Assembly: GCA_964540825.1 (NCBI GenBank)
Contig: CAZINT010000001.1
Span: 69,315 to 133,314, forward strand
Reading direction: 5' to 3'
DNA: 64,000 nucleotides
DNA from: an uncultured Gammaproteobacteria bacterium
GTDB lineage: Bacteria > Patescibacteriota > Patescibacteriia > Magasanikbacterales > GWA2-37-8
The position numbers and the translations under genes were made by a program. The notes beneath the pieces are model-generated. The model was not told the DNA's origin, did no database searches, and saw only the letters and a list, made by a program, of their open reading frames with translations. Below, piece by piece: positions 41,421 to 50,896 of the stretch (its first letter is position 1; each line of letters starts with the position of its first letter).

Positions 41421-43001
41421 ATGAAAAAGAATTCAACAACATTGCTTTTGATTCTTGATGGTTTTGGTTTGCCAGGGCCCAAGGATACAAACACTGTGGT
41501 GAATGCCAAAAACACGCCGCACTTTTTTAAGTGGCTTAAAAAATTTCCAAATACCGCACTTGAAGCGAGCGGTGCTGCTGTGGGCCTTTTTAAAGGCCAG
41601 GAAGGTAATAGCGAGGCCGGGCATCTGAATTTGGGTGCGGGGCGTATTGTTAAACAAGATGCGCTCTATATTACGGATGCTATTAACGACGGAACATTTT
41701 TTAAGAATAATGCCTTTCATGAAGCAATTCACCATGTCAAAAAATATCGGACCAGCGCTCATATCATGGGGCTGCTCTCCAATCACAATAGTGCTCATTC
41801 GAGCCCTGAACATTTGTATGCGCTGTTAGAACTTTTACATCGTGAAGGGGTCAAAAAAGTCTATCTCCATTTATTTACCGATGGCCGTGACTCCGGACAG
41901 CATGATGCGATGCATCACCTCAAAAAATTGGAACAGCAGCTCTATGGCAACCAAAAAGTTGCTACGCTTATGGGGCGACTGTATGGCATGGATCGCAATA
42001 AGATTTGGAAGCGTACCAAAGCTGCCTACGAAGCAATTGTGCTGGGTGAAGCCCTTCATCACGCTGCTTCTGCAGAAGAAGCGCTGGCCCAAGGGTACAA
42101 CCGTTCTGAAACTGATGAGTTTATTTTTCCGACGGTAATTACTGATATCGAAGGAGATCCGGTAGCCAAAATTAAGGATAACGACGTGATGTTTTTCTTT
42201 AATTTACGCAGCGACCGAGCACGCCAACTTACTAAAGCTCTCGTGCAGCCCGATTTTGAAAAGATGAATCCGGGAGCGTTTCATCGGCGTGGTTTTCCAA
42301 AACATACCCGTTTTGTCGCTATGACGGATTTTGGTCCAGACTTACCGGGGGTGTTAACTGCTTTTCCGAGCCGGGATATTAAAAATGGCTTAGTTGAGAC
42401 GCTTCGTTCATTAAAGCAACTGTATATTGCCGAGTCAGAAAAATTTGCCCATATTACCTATTTTTTAAATGGTGGGTATCCTAAGCCGTTTGGTGACGAA
42501 ACCTGGGCAAAGGTTGCCTCGGATGGGGTTTTAAGCTATGATAGTAGGCCTAAGATGCAGGCACGTAAGATAGCCGATCAGGTGATTAAGGCTATTCAGG
42601 CCGGTACGTACGACTTTATTGCAGTTAACCTGGCAAATGCCGACATGGTTGGCCATACCGGGGATCTTAAAGCGGCTCTCGTTGCCGTTCAAACGCTTGA
42701 TCAGGAATTAAACCGCATGATTACCACACTTTTAGCGGCAGGAGGGCAGGGTCTGCTTACTGCTGATCATGGTAATATAGAGGAGTTGATAAACCTTAAA
42801 ACCGGCGAAAAAGATACGGAGCATTCAATTAATCCTGTCCCGTGTGTGCTTTTTGCTTCGGCTGCTCAGCTCAGAGACTGGAAGATAGCTGGTAAACGCC
42901 TTAAATCGCGCGGAGCAAAATTGGCAAACGTTGCTCCGACGCTGCTCAAAATGCTTAAAATCTCCAAACCCAAAGAAATGACCGCCACCTCCTTATTTTA
43001 G
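41421..43001 (+). CDS. gpmI: 2,3-BPG-independent phosphoglycerate mutase, copy 1
   Basis: ILDGFG, GNSEAGHLNLGAGR, DGRD, ADMVGHTG, TADHGN. Confidence 0.93.
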   Translation: MKKNSTTLLLILDGFGLPGPKDTNTVVNAKNTPHFFKWLKKFPNTALEASGAAVGLFKGQEGNSEAGHLNLGAGRIVKQDALYITDAINDGTFFKNNAFHEAIHHVKKYRTSAHIMGLLSNHNSAHSSPEHLYALLELLHREGVKKVYLHLFTDGRDSGQHDAMHHLKKLEQQLYGNQKVATLMGRLYGMDRNKIWKRTKAAYEAIVLGEALHHAASAEEALAQGYNRSETDEFIFPTVITDIEGDPVAKIKDNDVMFFFNLRSDRARQLTKALVQPDFEKMNPGAFHRRGFPKHTRFVAMTDFGPDLPGVLTAFPSRDIKNGLVETLRSLKQLYIAESEKFAHITYFLNGGYPKPFGDETWAKVASDGVLSYDSRPKMQARKIADQVIKAIQAGTYDFIAVNLANADMVGHTGDLKAALVAVQTLDQELNRMITTLLAAGGQGLLTADHGNIEELINLKTGEKDTEHSINPVPCVLFASAAQLRDWKIAGKRLKSRGAKLANVAPTLLKMLKISKPKEMTATSLF

Positions 43002-43014
43002 TTTTCTGTAGCGT

Positions 43015-44592
43015 ATGAAATATAAGCCGGTTGTACTCGCCATTTTCGATGGTTGGGGTGTTGCTCCAGATAGCGAAGGTAATGCAATAACCCGATCAAG
43101 AACGCCCAATTTTTTGTCGTACGTTAAAAATTATCCAGTGATGACGCTCTACGCATCAGGAAATGAAGTCGGCATTAACCCGGGCGAGATGGGTAATTCA
43201 GAAGTGGGCCACCTCAATATTGGAGCTGGGCGTGTGTACTACCAATCGTGTCCACGTATTAATCAGTCAATTTCAAGTCAGGATTTTTATACCAATCGTG
43301 CTTTTACTGGGGCAGCAGAACATGTGCGTACCCACAAATCAAAATTACACATTATCGGTCTGGTCGGGTCGGGAAATGTGCACGCGAGCAGTGAACATTT
43401 GATTGCGCTCCTACAGTTTTGTAAACAGCAAGGTCTTGGCAAAGAAGTGTTCGTGCATGCAATTTTGGATGGCCGTGATGCGGTTTATAATTCCGGGCAA
43501 GTGTTCGTGAAGGAACTAGAAAAAAAGATGGGTGAACTTAAGGTTGGTAAAATTGCTACAATTTCCGGTCGCTATTACGCGATGGATCGTGATAATCGCT
43601 GGGACAGAATTGAAAAAGCTTACGCTGCTATGGCTGAAGGGCGCTCTGAACAATCCGCTGCATCAGCAGCTGAGGCTATTGCAGCATCATATGACCAGAA
43701 AAAGTTTGACGAAGAGCTGATGCCAACAGTTATTACAAAAAATGGCGCTCCACTCGCGACAGTCGGCGAAGGAGACGCTGTTATCTTTTTTAATTTTAGA
43801 CCGGATCGTGCACGCGAATTAACGCACGCCTTTGTTTTGCCTGGTTTTGAAAAATTCAAACGTGAGTATATAAAAGATTTGTATTTTGTCACCATGACTG
43901 AATACGAAAAAGATTTGCCCGTCGTAGTTGCCTATCCGCCAATTATTGTTACGAATTGTCTGGCGGAAGTGATCAGTAAAGCGGGCCTCAAGCAGCTCCA
44001 TGTCGCTGAGACCGAGAAATATGCCCACATCACTTTCTTCTTGAACGGTACTGTAGAAAATCCGTTTCCAGGCGAAGACAGAGCGCTTGTTCCGTCGCCG
44101 CAAGTCGGCAGCTATGCCGAAGCCCCAGAAATGTCAGTTAAGGGTGTGGTTAAAGAAGTGATTAAGGGTATTGATAGCGGTACCTATGATTTTATAGCGC
44201 TCAATTTTGCAAATCCGGATATGGTTGGCCACACCGGTAGCCTTGAGGCAACCATCGCTGCCTGTGAGGCTGCTGACAGTGCGCTTCGCGAGGTGGTTGA
44301 ACATACTTTGGCTAAAGGCGGCGTTGTTGTCATGACCGCAGATCATGGTAATGCCGAGGGAGTTATTAATTTACAAACCGGTGAAATTGATAAAGAACAC
44401 TCAACGAGTCCGGTACCGCTTTTGATTATTGGTAAAGATTTTCAAGGTCAAGCCGGCCCGGCAGGGGACCCACCTGACGAAGACCTGAGCCTTCTGTCGC
44501 CGGTCGGTATGCTCGCGGATGTTGCGCCCACAGTTCTTAAATTAATGGGGCTTGAGCAGCCGCCCGAAATGACCGGAACGCCGCTCGTATAA
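43015..44592 (+). CDS. gpmI: 2,3-BPG-independent phosphoglycerate mutase, copy 2
   Basis: IFDGWG, MGNSEVGHLNIGAGR, AMDRDNRW, AETEKYAH, PDMVGHTG, TADHGNAE. Confidence 0.95.
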   Translation: MKYKPVVLAIFDGWGVAPDSEGNAITRSRTPNFLSYVKNYPVMTLYASGNEVGINPGEMGNSEVGHLNIGAGRVYYQSCPRINQSISSQDFYTNRAFTGAAEHVRTHKSKLHIIGLVGSGNVHASSEHLIALLQFCKQQGLGKEVFVHAILDGRDAVYNSGQVFVKELEKKMGELKVGKIATISGRYYAMDRDNRWDRIEKAYAAMAEGRSEQSAASAAEAIAASYDQKKFDEELMPTVITKNGAPLATVGEGDAVIFFNFRPDRARELTHAFVLPGFEKFKREYIKDLYFVTMTEYEKDLPVVVAYPPIIVTNCLAEVISKAGLKQLHVAETEKYAHITFFLNGTVENPFPGEDRALVPSPQVGSYAEAPEMSVKGVVKEVIKGIDSGTYDFIALNFANPDMVGHTGSLEATIAACEAADSALREVVEHTLAKGGVVVMTADHGNAEGVINLQTGEIDKEHSTSPVPLLIIGKDFQGQAGPAGDPPDEDLSLLSPVGMLADVAPTVLKLMGLEQPPEMTGTPLV

Positions 44593-44626
44593 AAATACCT
44601 CGTCCAATTTGGACGAGGTATTTTTT
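44592..44626. terminator. Bidirectional terminator
   Basis: AAAATACCTCGTCCA-ATT-TGGACGAGGTATTTTTT. Confidence 0.8.
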
Positions 44627-44638
44627 ATGTAAATATAT

Positions 44639-45793
44639 TTATATTTTTGCTTCTAAGCTTTGCGCCAGCAGCCGCAGGGCATATGCTTCACTTTCTTGTA
44701 GATTTTTTCCTTCAATAACAAAGGTGGCTTGTTTCTTGTCTCCTGTGGCACGCAGTTCTTTGCCAAGCTGTAATGCGCTATGATGACGTTCGCTTGAAAT
44801 AAGTCCATAGACTTTGCCGGCGGCTGCTTCACCAGGGAGTTCGTAGAGAAGAACAATAATCTTAGCTTCGGGTGAATTGCTGATTAGATCATCCACGACG
44901 CCTTTAAGATCCTGTGCTTCAGCGCCGGAATGAATAAAATCTTCGCGCGTAATCATGGTAGATACAATGCCGAGTGCCGGGTCGCTCTTAAGGTGTGTGA
45001 GAGCCTGGCCCCAGAGCTTGAGTGTTGCGAGCGAGCGGGTGCGGTACAAATTTTGAATAATAGTTTCGCGTTCGCCTCCAAGTTTAATAAGACTGCTCGC
45101 CACATTCAGTGCTTGTGGAGTAACGTTCGCAGTTTTAAAACTCTTGGTCGCGGCAATCATGCCGGTCAAAAGCGCAGTCGCAATTTCTTTGCCAATAGCC
45201 GATTCGTCAACTTGGCGCAGAAGCTGGTAGACAATTTCAGAAGTAGAAGTGGCTGTTAAATCAACGGCATTGATTTGACCGTAGCGTTCGTTATTGCCAT
45301 GGTAGTCGATATTTACGACCGGCGTCCGGTAAAACAAGTCGGTGTTGTTCAGGAAGATACCGCCGAGGGATTCGAGGTCGGGAGTGTTAAGGGTGATGAT
45401 CAAATCAAATTTGAAACTGGACTGAGCAGTACGAAGTTCGTTTTTGGTAATAAGTCCCTGTTCTGGCGTAAGGTAAATAGAGAGCCAATTATCTTTAATA
45501 TCATAACTGATGGTTTCGAGTTTTACCTTGGAAACATCAACCTTGATAATAAATTTTTGTAAGTGGCTGAGTTCATTTTTAATTTTGGCAGCGCCAGGGA
45601 GAAAGTGGAATTGTTTAGGGGTAGTAAAACCTTCAGCCGCAAGCTCGACTTGCTTATTGGTTTGTTCCAAAAAAAGCTTTAGGGCAACAGCTGCGCCGAT
45701 CGAATCCGCAGTTTCGGTACCATTAAAAACCACCAAGACATACTTGCTGTTTTCAAGAAGTGTTTTGAGTTGTGCCGGTTCGTTAAGGGCCAT
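44639..45793 (-). CDS. DHH/NrnA-like phosphoesterase with degenerate motifs
   Basis: VVNIDYH in place of DHH, ATSTSEIVY, IATALLTGMIAATKSF, LKLWGQAL. Confidence 0.75.
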   Translation of the reverse strand: MALNEPAQLKTLLENSKYVLVVFNGTETADSIGAAVALKLFLEQTNKQVELAAEGFTTPKQFHFLPGAAKIKNELSHLQKFIIKVDVSKVKLETISYDIKDNWLSIYLTPEQGLITKNELRTAQSSFKFDLIITLNTPDLESLGGIFLNNTDLFYRTPVVNIDYHGNNERYGQINAVDLTATSTSEIVYQLLRQVDESAIGKEIATALLTGMIAATKSFKTANVTPQALNVASSLIKLGGERETIIQNLYRTRSLATLKLWGQALTHLKSDPALGIVSTMITREDFIHSGAEAQDLKGVVDDLISNSPEAKIIVLLYELPGEAAAGKVYGLISSERHHSALQLGKELRATGDKKQATFVIEGKNLQESEAYALRLLAQSLEAKI

Positions 45794-45965
45794 AAAATCA
45801 AGTGTACCAAGAACGCGTGATTCTAGCAGGTATTAAGGCGTCTGTCAAATTTGCTACCCCCGGCAAGGCAGTAAGGGTGTAATGCTCTAAAAAGAGCTGT
45901 AGCAAGGCCAAAACCTCTTGCGTTTTTAAGGGTTTTTTAGTACGATAGACAGGTATTTTACCCCT

Positions 45966-48752
45966 ATGAAAGAACTGCCTAAAGCCTACGAACCAGCTAC
46001 GTACGAAGACGGTATCTATAACGCCTGGGAACAGAGCGATTTTTTTAATCCCGATACCTGTCTCAAAGCGAAAATTACCCATGAAGATGATAAGTCTTTT
46101 TCGATTGCTTTGCCGCCGCCAAATGTGACAGGGACTTTGCATATGGGCCACGCCGCTATGCTCGCGATTGAGGATGTTTTGGTGCGTTACCACCGTATGA
46201 AAGGGGATCGAACGCTGTGGGTGCCGGGGACTGACCACGCCGCTGTTGCGACTGAATCAAAAGTAGAAAGTTTGCTTATCAAAAATGAAGGTTTTAAAAA
46301 ACCAAAAACAGAACTTGGCCGTGATGCCTTCCTGGATCGAGTTAAAGAATTTGCTCAGGCAAGTCACGATACGATTGTTAACCAATCAAAAAAAATGGGT
46401 GCATCGCTCGATTGGAGCCGTGAAGCCTATACGTTTGATGAAACCCGCAACAAAGCCGTCCGCATGGTGTTTAAAAAAATGTATGACGACGGTCTTATTT
46501 ATCGCGGCTACCGCGTCGTGAACTGGTCGGTGAAAGGCCAATCAACCTGTAGCGATGATGAGCTTGAATACGTCGAGCGCCCGGCAAAACTCTACTTTTT
46601 TAAATACTCTGAAGAGTTTCCAATTACTATTGCTACCTCTAGACCCGAGACAAAGTTGGGTGATACGGCTGTTGCCGTTAATCCGCACGACAAGCGATAT
46701 AAACAGTATATTGGTAAAGAGTATAAAGTTAATTTTTTGGGGCAACCCTTAAGTATTAAAATTGTAGCAGACGACGGTGTTAATCCCGATTTTGGTACTG
46801 GTGCGCTTGGAGTCACACCTGCTCATTCCATGGTTGATTATGAAATTGCGAATAAAAATGGATTAAAAATGATTCGAGTCATTAGTGAAACAGGGCTTGT
46901 CGATATTCATGATCCTGAAAATATTCATAGAGAAAATGATTTTTATATTGATTCGGCGGTTTGGGAATTGGCAGCAGAGGCAAAGAGGAAGTTTAATGGT
47001 CTTACGGTTACCGACGCACGCAAGGCTATAGTTGAAGAACTTAATAAAAAAGGTTTAATTGAAAAAGAAGAAGATATTGTTCAGAACGTCAGCACCTCCG
47101 ATCGCTTCAAAGATATTGTGGAACCGCTCCCCAAAGTGCAGTGGTTTGTTGACGTTAATAAAAAATTTGTTTTGCCACATTCAAATATTATTGGCGTAAA
47201 AGATGGCCAGGAAGTAACCTTAAAAGAATTGATGCAGCAGGTAGTAACGAACAAACAAATTCAAATTCTTCCCGAGCGTTTTGAAAAAACCTATTTCCAT
47301 TGGATCAATAACTTGCGCGACTGGTGTATCAGCCGTCAGATTTGGTTTGGGCACCAGGTGCCGGTGTGGTATAGGGGCGAAGAAATGTACTGTGGAGTAG
47401 AAGCTCCCGAAGGTGAAGGTTGGCAGCAAGATTCCGATACGCTCGACACCTGGTTTTCTTCTGGTCTCTGGACGTTTTCAACATTGCTTAATAAAGATTT
47501 TGAAAAGTATTCTTCACTCGAAGACTGGCTTGCCAATTCTCCGGACTTCAAAAATTTTCACCCAACCAGCGTACTTGAAACAGGCTATGATATCTTGTTC
47601 TTTTGGGTGGCGCGCATGATTCTCATGACCACGTACACGCTTGGAACTATTCCGTTTAAGACGGTGTACCTGCATGGCCTCGTTCGTGATGAACAGGGGA
47701 GAAAGATGAGTAAGACGCTCGGGAATATTATCGATCCCCTCGACATGATCGCGAAGTATGGTACCGATGCGACTCGTTTGTCGCTTCTTATTGGGACCGC
47801 GCCCGGGAACGATTTAAAGTTGTCGGAAGAGAAAATTGCTGGCTTCAGGAATTTTGCGAATAAACTGTGGAATATTAGCCGGTTCATGTTATTAAAAATT
47901 GATACTCCAAAAGCAGATTGTTTACTTCCTGATTCAACTGGTTTAACACTGGCTGATAAGGCACTTTTATACCGACTTAATAAAATTATAATTGATACAG
48001 CAAAAAACCTCGAAGCTTTTAATATTTCTTACGCAGGGGAGCAATTAAGAGATTTTACTTGGCGTTATCTTGCTGATAGATATTTAGAGGAAGCGAAAAG
48101 TGAAGGAGAAAAATCTCAGATATTTAATTTTGTTTTGAATGTAGTGCTTAAACTTTGGCATCCATTCATGCCCTTTGTTACCGAAACTATTTGGAAAGAA
48201 ATGTACGGCGAGACTGAATATTTGATGGTTGCTAAGTGGCCACAAAATTTTGGTGAGGAAGATTTGTACTATGAAGAGCAGGGAAAGTTTCAAAATATAG
48301 TTCAAGACACATACATCTTTATCAGATCGTTCAGAAGTGAAAATCGGATTGAACCAGCTAAGAAATTAAATGGGCAGTTTGTCTCTGGTAGTCTTGATCA
48401 AGATCTTAAAAATAGTCTTCAAATAATTATCGATCAGGCTCGATTAGATTCGGTTAACTTTGTAACCAAGGAAGAAATTAATGCTAGTTTTAAGTTAGTG
48501 CCCTTAACAATTAATACTGAATTTTATCTTGACGTTGGGAGTGCAATGGATGTTGAAAAAGAAAAAGTCCGTCTCGAAAAAGACCTTGCCGAAGCCGAAA
48601 AATACGTTACCGTTCTCCAAAATAAATTAGCTAACCAGGATTTTGTTGCTCGCGCCCCGGAAGCGGTTATTGCTGGCGAACGAGCTAAGCTCGCAGCAGC
48701 CGAAGAGAAGGTATCCAAAACACGGGCTACTCTCGAGTCGTTATTGAAGTAA
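45966..48752 (+). CDS. valS: Valine-tRNA ligase
   Basis: PPPNVTGTLHMGH, DWCISRQIWFGH, DTLDTWFSS, KMSKT, C-terminal coiled coil. Confidence 0.97.
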   Translation: MKELPKAYEPATYEDGIYNAWEQSDFFNPDTCLKAKITHEDDKSFSIALPPPNVTGTLHMGHAAMLAIEDVLVRYHRMKGDRTLWVPGTDHAAVATESKVESLLIKNEGFKKPKTELGRDAFLDRVKEFAQASHDTIVNQSKKMGASLDWSREAYTFDETRNKAVRMVFKKMYDDGLIYRGYRVVNWSVKGQSTCSDDELEYVERPAKLYFFKYSEEFPITIATSRPETKLGDTAVAVNPHDKRYKQYIGKEYKVNFLGQPLSIKIVADDGVNPDFGTGALGVTPAHSMVDYEIANKNGLKMIRVISETGLVDIHDPENIHRENDFYIDSAVWELAAEAKRKFNGLTVTDARKAIVEELNKKGLIEKEEDIVQNVSTSDRFKDIVEPLPKVQWFVDVNKKFVLPHSNIIGVKDGQEVTLKELMQQVVTNKQIQILPERFEKTYFHWINNLRDWCISRQIWFGHQVPVWYRGEEMYCGVEAPEGEGWQQDSDTLDTWFSSGLWTFSTLLNKDFEKYSSLEDWLANSPDFKNFHPTSVLETGYDILFFWVARMILMTTYTLGTIPFKTVYLHGLVRDEQGRKMSKTLGNIIDPLDMIAKYGTDATRLSLLIGTAPGNDLKLSEEKIAGFRNFANKLWNISRFMLLKIDTPKADCLLPDSTGLTLADKALLYRLNKIIIDTAKNLEAFNISYAGEQLRDFTWRYLADRYLEEAKSEGEKSQIFNFVLNVVLKLWHPFMPFVTETIWKEMYGETEYLMVAKWPQNFGEEDLYYEEQGKFQNIVQDTYIFIRSFRSENRIEPAKKLNGQFVSGSLDQDLKNSLQIIIDQARLDSVNFVTKEEINASFKLVPLTINTEFYLDVGSAMDVEKEKVRLEKDLAEAEKYVTVLQNKLANQDFVARAPEAVIAGERAKLAAAEEKVSKTRATLESLLK

Positions 48753-48755
48753 TAT

Positions 48756-49157
48756 ATGGAACACAGAGAATTTACACCGCTTACATTTAACGAAGAAGTG
48801 CGTCAGCTGCATGAAAAGAACGGTGTTCATTTTACTGAGTTGATTGCCACAGTTGAATCGGGTGACGTAAGTGTAGAAACGATGCGCAAAGTAAAAGGGT
48901 GTCTTGATGAAGTTTTGCGCTTGGCAAATGTTACTCGCTATCAAAAGTTACGTGATACGATTCAGAGCGATGAACCTCGCAAAGAACTACAGCAAGTTTG
49001 GACAACTCTTTTTCTTAAGGTTCAAAATTTGAAGGCAAGATTGCATCAATTATCTGTTCATGACACTAGCCAAATGGCCGCTGAGCTCCGCGATGTCCAG
49101 GACGCGCTCAATCACTTCTGCACACTTGTAGAAAAAATATTTAATAGTCCTTCTTAG
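48756..49157 (+). CDS. Hypothetical helical protein
   Basis: 133-aa ORF filling the valS-tyrS gap. Confidence 0.6.
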   Translation: MEHREFTPLTFNEEVRQLHEKNGVHFTELIATVESGDVSVETMRKVKGCLDEVLRLANVTRYQKLRDTIQSDEPRKELQQVWTTLFLKVQNLKARLHQLSVHDTSQMAAELRDVQDALNHFCTLVEKIFNSPS

Positions 49158-49175
49158 TAATTTATTTCGTTCCGT

Positions 49176-50357
49176 ATGAACGTTTCGCATGACCCTCAAA
49201 AAATTAATCAGCTGCTTACGCGTGGTGTAGAAAATATCTATCCTAAGCCCGACTTTTTGAAAGCACGCCTTGAGGAGGATAAACAGCTCACGCTCTACAC
49301 CGGGTACGACCCAACCGCGCCAACGCTTCATATTGGCCACGGTATTACCATGCTTAAACTCCGTCAGTTTCAGGACTTAGGGCACAAGATTATCATGCTC
49401 ATTGGCGACTTCACCGGTATGATCGGCGACCCAACTGACAAATCTTCGGCGCGTCAAAAATTAACCCGTGAGCAAGTACTGGAGAACTGCAAAGCATACA
49501 AAAAGCAAGCGGAAGCTATTTTGGATTTTGGTGGCAGTAATCCTGTGGAAGTGAAATTTAATAGTGAATGGCTGGCAAAGATGACTTTTGCGGAGGTGGT
49601 GGAACTGTCCAGCCATTTTACGGTACAACAAATGATGGAGCGCGACATGTTTGAAAAGCGCCTTACCGAAGAAAAACCAATTTATCTCCATGAATTTTTG
49701 TATCCACTCATGCAGGGCTATGACAGTGTTGCTATGGATGTGGACGGCGAAATTGGCGGCAACGATCAAACCTTCAACATGCTTGCTGGCCGAACCCTCA
49801 TGCGCGAGATGAAGCAGAAAGAAAAATTTGTTCTTACTATTAAGTTGCTTGCTGATGATAATGGTAAGAAAATGGGCAAGACCGAAGGTAATATGATTGC
49901 CTTATCGGACAGCCCAGAAGACATGTTTGGTAAAGTCATGCGCTGGAGCGATGGTATGATCGCCTCGGGTTTTACACTCTGCACCACTGTGCCAGAATCA
50001 GAAATTAAAGAAATTACAGCTGCGAAAAATCCTCGGGACGCCAAACTTCGTTTAGCCTACGAAATTACTAAAACATTTTTAGGTGAAGCTGCGGCCGAGC
50101 AAGGTAAAAAGCGTTTCGAAGAAGTCATTCAGAACAAAGAGGTTCCAGCCGAAATTCCAGAAATTGCACCAACTGCTTACGACATTGTCACTGTTTTAAC
50201 ACAGGCAAAATTGGTGAAAAGTAAATCCGAAGCGCGCCAGGTTATTGCGCAAGGCGGTGTAAAAATTAATGATCAAAAAGTTGAAGCAATCGATGTTGTG
50301 GTTAAGGCAGGAGATGTTGTTCAGAAAGGCAATCGGTTCTTTGTTAGGGTGAAATAG
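49176..50357 (+). CDS. tyrS: Tyrosine-tRNA ligase
   Basis: GYDPTAPTLHIGH, YPLMQGYD, GGNDQTFN, KMGKT, C-terminal S4 domain. Confidence 0.97.
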   Translation: MNVSHDPQKINQLLTRGVENIYPKPDFLKARLEEDKQLTLYTGYDPTAPTLHIGHGITMLKLRQFQDLGHKIIMLIGDFTGMIGDPTDKSSARQKLTREQVLENCKAYKKQAEAILDFGGSNPVEVKFNSEWLAKMTFAEVVELSSHFTVQQMMERDMFEKRLTEEKPIYLHEFLYPLMQGYDSVAMDVDGEIGGNDQTFNMLAGRTLMREMKQKEKFVLTIKLLADDNGKKMGKTEGNMIALSDSPEDMFGKVMRWSDGMIASGFTLCTTVPESEIKEITAAKNPRDAKLRLAYEITKTFLGEAAAEQGKKRFEEVIQNKEVPAEIPEIAPTAYDIVTVLTQAKLVKSKSEARQVIAQGGVKINDQKVEAIDVVVKAGDVVQKGNRFFVRVK

Positions 50358-50358
50358 T

Positions 50359-50895
50359 ATGAAGCTCATTGTTCTTTACGGTATTCCCGGAGTTGGTAAG
50401 AAAACAGTCGCTCTCGAACTTGAAAAAGTGACTGGTTTTAAGTTGATGGATAATCATACTGTAATTGATCTGGTACGGAGGCTTATTCCTCAAAAATTTC
50501 CAGTCTCAGTTGAAATTGCCCGACAAATTCGTTTGCTTTTAATTAAGGGTTTACTGGCTATTGACTGTCCGGGACTCATTATAACGTTTGCTGGAGGATC
50601 GTCAGGAGCAGCTGATTATTTAAAAGAACTAGTAAAAATGATCGAAGATGCTTGTGGTCAAGTTTATTTTGTTGAGCTGTCATGCGAGCTTAATGAAGTT
50701 CGTAGACGTATCGAGGAGCCTTCGCGCAAAGGGCACTTTAAAGTAGTGTTGCAGCAAGAACTCGATGAATTTTTGCTCAAAGATTATTTTAAGGGTTTGC
50801 CTGATTATGAATCTTTACGTGTTGACACAACTTATATCCCCCCTGAGGAATCTGCTGCGAAAATTGCTTCACACTTAAACATGGCAAATAAATAG
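50359..50895 (+). CDS. P-loop kinase (AAA_33/shikimate-kinase-like)
   Basis: LIVLYGIPGVGKKT Walker A; RRRIEEPSR lid. Confidence 0.7.
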   Translation: MKLIVLYGIPGVGKKTVALELEKVTGFKLMDNHTVIDLVRRLIPQKFPVSVEIARQIRLLLIKGLLAIDCPGLIITFAGGSSGAADYLKELVKMIEDACGQVYFVELSCELNEVRRRIEEPSRKGHFKVVLQQELDEFLLKDYFKGLPDYESLRVDTTYIPPEESAAKIASHLNMANK

Positions 50896-50896
50896 T

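Noticed and set aside
47880-48540. AT-rich segment in the valS 3' part as a foreign insert or intein
   Set aside because: It corresponds to the normal, poorly conserved anticodon-binding region; no intein motifs and normal protein length.
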